From NCBI GenBank assembly GCA_030167865.1, contig JALAGF010003459.1, positions 1-64,000 of the forward strand: a stretch of 64,000 nucleotides of DNA, in the 5' to 3' direction. Position numbers and translations under genes: made by a program. Of the stretch, positions 59,854 through 64,000 are shown piece after piece. Within the stretch, counting starts at the first letter, position 1. Every line of letters starts with the position of its first letter. The notes beneath the pieces were generated by a model. That model searched no databases. It had not been told where the DNA came from and worked only from the letters and a program-made list of their open reading frames with translations. The DNA is from Craspedostauros australis (Eukaryota).

Positions 59854-60365
59854 TTTGATGCCTCTCGATTTTGTCTGTTCTCGCAGCACGTGATGGGTGG
59901 AATGTTTGTTGCTGCGGCTGTTACTGATGGAGACGCGTGAGTGAGTAGATCTTGATGTCAGTGCGTAGAGTCAGCCGGAGCCAGTCTGCACGTGCGATGG
60001 AAGAGCAGAAGAGTCGAAGGTGTGTATGGTATAGTGCCATACAGATAGAAATGTGTGGGCGTTGTCCACCTCCCGTAACAACGTCATGTTGACGGAGCGT
60101 TGATTGAAAGTTTTGTTGGTGTTGTGTCGGTCTCATTTTTCTTTCTTCATTTTCGCCTGCGTCATTGTTCTCACAAAATTGGACCACTTCGATTACATCA
60201 ACAAAGTTGTTTGTTGTACTAAAAGGGGGAATCGACATCCACCCCTAATATTACGGGGAAATGAAAGCTGGATCGTTCCCCGCCCCTAATACTCGTCATC
60301 ATTCAAATCTTTGTCGCCACAAATCGACGCATCAAATTACTGTTTGGGACGTCCAATCCATCAAC

Positions 60366-60410
60366 CAATCGACCAACAAAGCAATCGACCAACCAAGCAA
60401 TCGACCAACC
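60366..60410 (+). repeat. 16-bp tandem repeat, about 3 copies
   Basis: CAATCGACCAAC recurs at 60366, 60382 and 60398. Confidence 0.8.
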
Positions 60411-60736
60411 AGCCAAGCCACGAAGCAGCATCCATCGGCAAGAGTTGCGCCTTCCCATGGATCTGCTCCTCTCACATCACCATCTTCATCCTCCAACTGT
60501 CACCATGATGGAGCACAAGCACGAACATCCACATTGAGGCATGGCCGTTGGCCCTCAATCGCGTAGGAACCAAGATAATGGTGCTCGCCATCACTTGTAT
60601 GGTACCACAACAGATCTGTCCAAGCTCATCCACCACTTCTTTACCTCGCGCGGCCGTCATGCCTGGCGAGGAGGAACATGGAGATAACAATCGCAGCGAC
60701 AACGACGAAAGCGACACCAACACTGCTGGCAATCAC

Positions 60737-60907
60737 TTCGTTCAAGGCGTCGCCTTGGAGATCGCCGTTGATCAGAGTGGGGCGGTGGCGAACAAATCAG
60801 CAGGAGTGTTCACACGCTTCACACGCGGCGACAACCTGTGCATGGTGCATCGATTGCGCCGTATGCCAGCCGCAGCACAACCTCCTCGCGTGGTGTTTGA
60901 GAATCAG
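60737..60907 (+). pseudogene. Relic of a RibD-type reductase domain
   Basis: GVALEIAVDQSGAVA...RFT...MVHRLRR joined directly to QPPRVVFENQ. The intervening AVLVG...DNPxLxVR segment is absent. Confidence 0.5.
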
Positions 60908-61187
60908 AGCAGCGAAACTTCGGAGGTTGGCACGATCGAATGGTGGTCGTCGCCTGAATTGGATTGGCCTGATTCAGATCTTTCCAGATGGCCGTGAGAT
61001 GTGCATGACAGGAGTACCTTGCGCATTCCTCAGCACCAACGGATACAAGTCACGAATATGAATGTGCCCAACACTTGTGGTCTGACGACATGGTAGCTCA
61101 ATACGCGATGCGGCATGTGCCACACCGGAATCTAAGGTTCACATGCATTGGGTTGTGCTACCATATGTTTACTACGCTGCGACGACT

Positions 61188-64000
61188 TCATGAAATGTCC
61201 GTCAGCACGGAATCCTCGTCACCATCATCCACATCTTCAGCATATCCACTCCAGTGGGTGCTTGGCCCTCCATCAACACTTTCCTTCGCCGTCGAAGTCT
61301 TTGTGCCGTTTGTTGTTGAGTTCCTACCTGAAATCGTCGGCGCACCAGCATGTTCCGGGGAGTGTACAGTCGCTAAGTCAAAGTTGATTGACGTTTGATG
61401 CTGAGGCGTGAACTCAATCGTCTTCTCTCCAAAGATGCTATTCCTGGCGGATCTCTTGACCTGCTCATTGTTGATATAATTGCCACGTTTGGTGCGCAAG
61501 TCGTCACACTTGGCACCTGCACCCCAGGCCTGATAGAACTCCATTGCTCGGGTGAAGTATTCACGTGCCAGATCATCGCCATCGATGCTGGACCTCAGTA
61601 TGTGCTCGCCTGCCATCTCGCATGCCAATCCGGCCTCGTGGATCTGGCCGTTGCGCTGGGAGAGGTCGATTGTCTTGTCATAGCACTGACGGACGTAGGT
61701 TGGCATAGTTGTGCTGGAAGTGATGGACTTCGCCTCTGCTCTGAGGAGTAGGTATCGGTTCAGCACGATCTTGCCCTTGGTGTCGCATATCTTCTTGAGT
61801 TGTTTCTTGCATTTGCGGAGCAGGTTTGCGTACTTGCGTTGATTTGTCTGCCAGTATCGGTTGGAGGCCATCAGTCCAACGAAGAGTGGGATCGTGGTTT
61901 GTGAAGTGAAGTCGTTGCCTACCATTTTGGCTGCCATCATTTTGTCATAAACGATCTCTGCAAGTTCATATCTGCCAAGGTAAGTGGCAAGGAACAGGTG
62001 CCTCCAGTAGACAGCGATGCCGGAGAGGTGGTTGACGTTGTCATGCCCATTCACGTTTGTGAAATTCTGCCAATCAATCGAGAGTGTACCTGCGATTTGC
62101 TTGGCGCTGTTGCTGTACTCTCTCGTGGTATGCTTATGCGAGCTGACCTTCAACGCTTTTTCTTGTTCCAAGACTGAATCGATGTTGGGCAACAGGGTCG
62201 CAAGAGGATAACCCTGGACGAAAGCGTAGACGATGCTCCCAAAACGCCCCAAAACACCGACCTCGAAATTCCCCGCCGACATCGCTTCCATGCTCGCAGT
62301 CCGAAAGTCTTGCGCAATCTCCGAGGGCGACTTGTAGAATGGATCAATGAATGATGCTGCCATCAAATACACCGTCCCATTGGCGGTGCTGGGAGTGCTG
62401 GCCTTGTCAACAATAGCTTTTGCCAGCTCGATGTATCTCCGAGCGCTCTTGGGATCTCCAAGGCTATTGTATACTGTCGCCAGGATGGCAAAGCCATAGC
62501 CTGACTCCCCGCGAAATCCTACGCGCCTCGTGTAGTTGATCATGCGCACCACCCCTAACAAGCACGATATCGTGTCGTTGCTGATGAAGCCGCGAGTTAT
62601 GATGTTGTACAGCAGCAAGATCGATGCCACATGTTTTGGATTTGTCACAATCGGGGTTCGTCGCAAGAATTCCTCATTGGAGACACGGCGGAAGTATGAC
62701 CTCAGCGACATCATCTGGCGAGCAACATGAAGCAAGTACCCGCGCTTGGGATACACGCCACATAGCTGCGCGGCCTTCTCGCTCAGTCGCAGTGCTTGGG
62801 CGTGCTCGCCTTGATGGCCCAGAGCCTTTCCCATTGTGGCGTATGTAGGAAGTCTGTCATCGATGGATGTGGCACGCTCCACAACTTCGTTGCCAATTGC
62901 GAAGCCTTGCTCATAGTTGCGCAGCAAGAGTTCGATGTCGCATTGACTGCGAAGCAATCGAAGCACCAAGTCGTAGTGGTCCTCCCAAGGATCGCCCTTC
63001 AGCTTGCGGAGGGCTGTCGATGCATGCCGGAGGTACGTCGCAGCAGGCGAAAGAGCGGCCATTTGCAGCGCATGCTCGCCCGTTTGAAGATTGCGCTGCA
63101 ACGTTTCTAAATGATCCTTGCTGGCCACACAGTTCAGATGGTCCGTCGCTATGAACATGAAACTGGCGTCGTTGCCAGCCGAAGTGCGCGCACGAGTTGT
63201 GGCAGAAGAGTTCTGCAGACTACGACTGTGGCTGAGTGATGGATCTGTGCACAGCTCCCACAGACATCGCCCGATACGCAGCCGGAGCTTGGTGCGGAGT
63301 TCCCCAATCGCAACCAGTCCCCGGGCTGCCTCCTGAATGCGATCATGAGCGAAGCGGTAGGTGGTTCCGCCGATAGCATTGTGCAAGAGACCTTCGAGCA
63401 CGGCTTGCTCCAGCAGCTCGGAAAGGTCGCTGCCGCGTTCGTTCGCAACAAGCGCAGGGCCGGAATGGGCACGGCTGACAGCACTTTCGATGATATCATC
63501 ACTGGCGCGATTGTGGCCCTCTTCGTAGTCCAGCACGATCTGCAGCAAATCAGAATCGAACGATGATCTGATGTACGATGCGATGGCCAGCGCCTTCTGC
63601 AAGGCGACAGGCAAAGTCTTCATCTGGGATGAGATGAGACGGATGACGTCTCTTGGGTCGGTCGATGATGATGAACCGAAGTCTGAGACCCCGTCGGTGT
63701 CAAACTCGTCATCCAGCTCCCATTTGGACATGATGCGGTTGTACTTGAGGATGGTCTTGCGCTCCATATCCTGGAGCAGCTGTACGGAATGGAAGATGTT
63801 GCCGTTGGTTTGTTTGTAGAGGTAGTCAGCGATCTTGGCTGTGACAGCTGTGCCATCTTCGTCGTCGCCGTTCGCTACTGGTATGCCAGCATCGACGGTG
63901 CTGTGCCGGTGAAGGAGTTGGGTCAACCATAAGTGGAGCTGTTGTTTCGTGAAGTTCGCAATGTGGATGTTGGTGTACGGTGGTTTCAGAGTGCCGTCGT
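61188..64000 (-). CDS. C-terminal part of a STAND/AAA-ATPase + helical-repeat protein (5' end outside the window)
   Basis: Frame is open to the window edge. QTNGNIFHSVQLL, YRFAHDRIQEAA, EAGLACEMAG and YQAWGAGAK are typical of the AAA-ATPase region of bacterial-type kinase/cyclase sensor proteins found in diatoms. Confidence 0.85.
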   Translation of the reverse strand, partial: DGTLKPPYTNIHIANFTKQQLHLWLTQLLHRHSTVDAGIPVANGDDEDGTAVTAKIADYLYKQTNGNIFHSVQLLQDMERKTILKYNRIMSKWELDDEFDTDGVSDFGSSSSTDPRDVIRLISSQMKTLPVALQKALAIASYIRSSFDSDLLQIVLDYEEGHNRASDDIIESAVSRAHSGPALVANERGSDLSELLEQAVLEGLLHNAIGGTTYRFAHDRIQEAARGLVAIGELRTKLRLRIGRCLWELCTDPSLSHSRSLQNSSATTRARTSAGNDASFMFIATDHLNCVASKDHLETLQRNLQTGEHALQMAALSPAATYLRHASTALRKLKGDPWEDHYDLVLRLLRSQCDIELLLRNYEQGFAIGNEVVERATSIDDRLPTYATMGKALGHQGEHAQALRLSEKAAQLCGVYPKRGYLLHVARQMMSLRSYFRRVSNEEFLRRTPIVTNPKHVASILLLYNIITRGFISNDTISCLLGVVRMINYTRRVGFRGESGYGFAILATVYNSLGDPKSARRYIELAKAIVDKASTPSTANGTVYLMAASFIDPFYKSPSEIAQDFRTASMEAMSAGNFEVGVLGRFGSIVYAFVQGYPLATLLPNIDSVLEQEKALKVSSHKHTTREYSNSAKQIAGTLSIDWQNFTNVNGHDNVNHLSGIAVYWRHLFLATYLGRYELAEIVYDKMMAAKMVGNDFTSQTTIPLFVGLMASNRYWQTNQRKYANLLRKCKKQLKKICDTKGKIVLNRYLLLRAEAKSITSSTTMPTYVRQCYDKTIDLSQRNGQIHEAGLACEMAGEHILRSSIDGDDLAREYFTRAMEFYQAWGAGAKCDDLRTKRGNYINNEQVKRSARNSIFGEKTIEFTPQHQTSINFDLATVHSPEHAGAPTISGRNSTTNGTKTSTAKESVDGGPSTHWSGYAEDVDDGDEDSVLTDIS

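Overview
Eukaryotic nuclear DNA, most likely from a diatom (inferred from GT-AG introns, bipartite signal/transit peptides with an ASAFAP-like cleavage site, DUF6824 and other diatom-type families). It holds about 21 protein genes: RPL7A, a secreted SET protein, a kexin/furin-like convertase, PEPCK, IMP3, a CCT protein, three tandem fucosyltransferase-like genes, an LSMT-like SET protein, mitochondrial EF-Tu, a Cu/Zn-SOD-like protein, a DUF6824 protein, a membrane pyrophosphatase, aspartate aminotransferase, a U-box protein, a MATE transporter, a truncated STAND-like protein and several hypotheticals. The most striking signal is non-coding. At 2852-2937, just downstream of RPL7A, there is a near-perfect eukaryotic tRNA-Sec (9/4) cloverleaf whose anticodon loop is reduced to a 4-nt GAAC loop with no UCA. 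It is followed by structured segments carrying box C/D and H/ACA-like motifs. Other notable items are a SOD1 fold missing nearly all metal ligands, a possibly Na+-type membrane PPase with a stop-free 3n intron, and an internally deleted RibD-reductase relic. All family assignments are by eye from motifs; no database searches were run.
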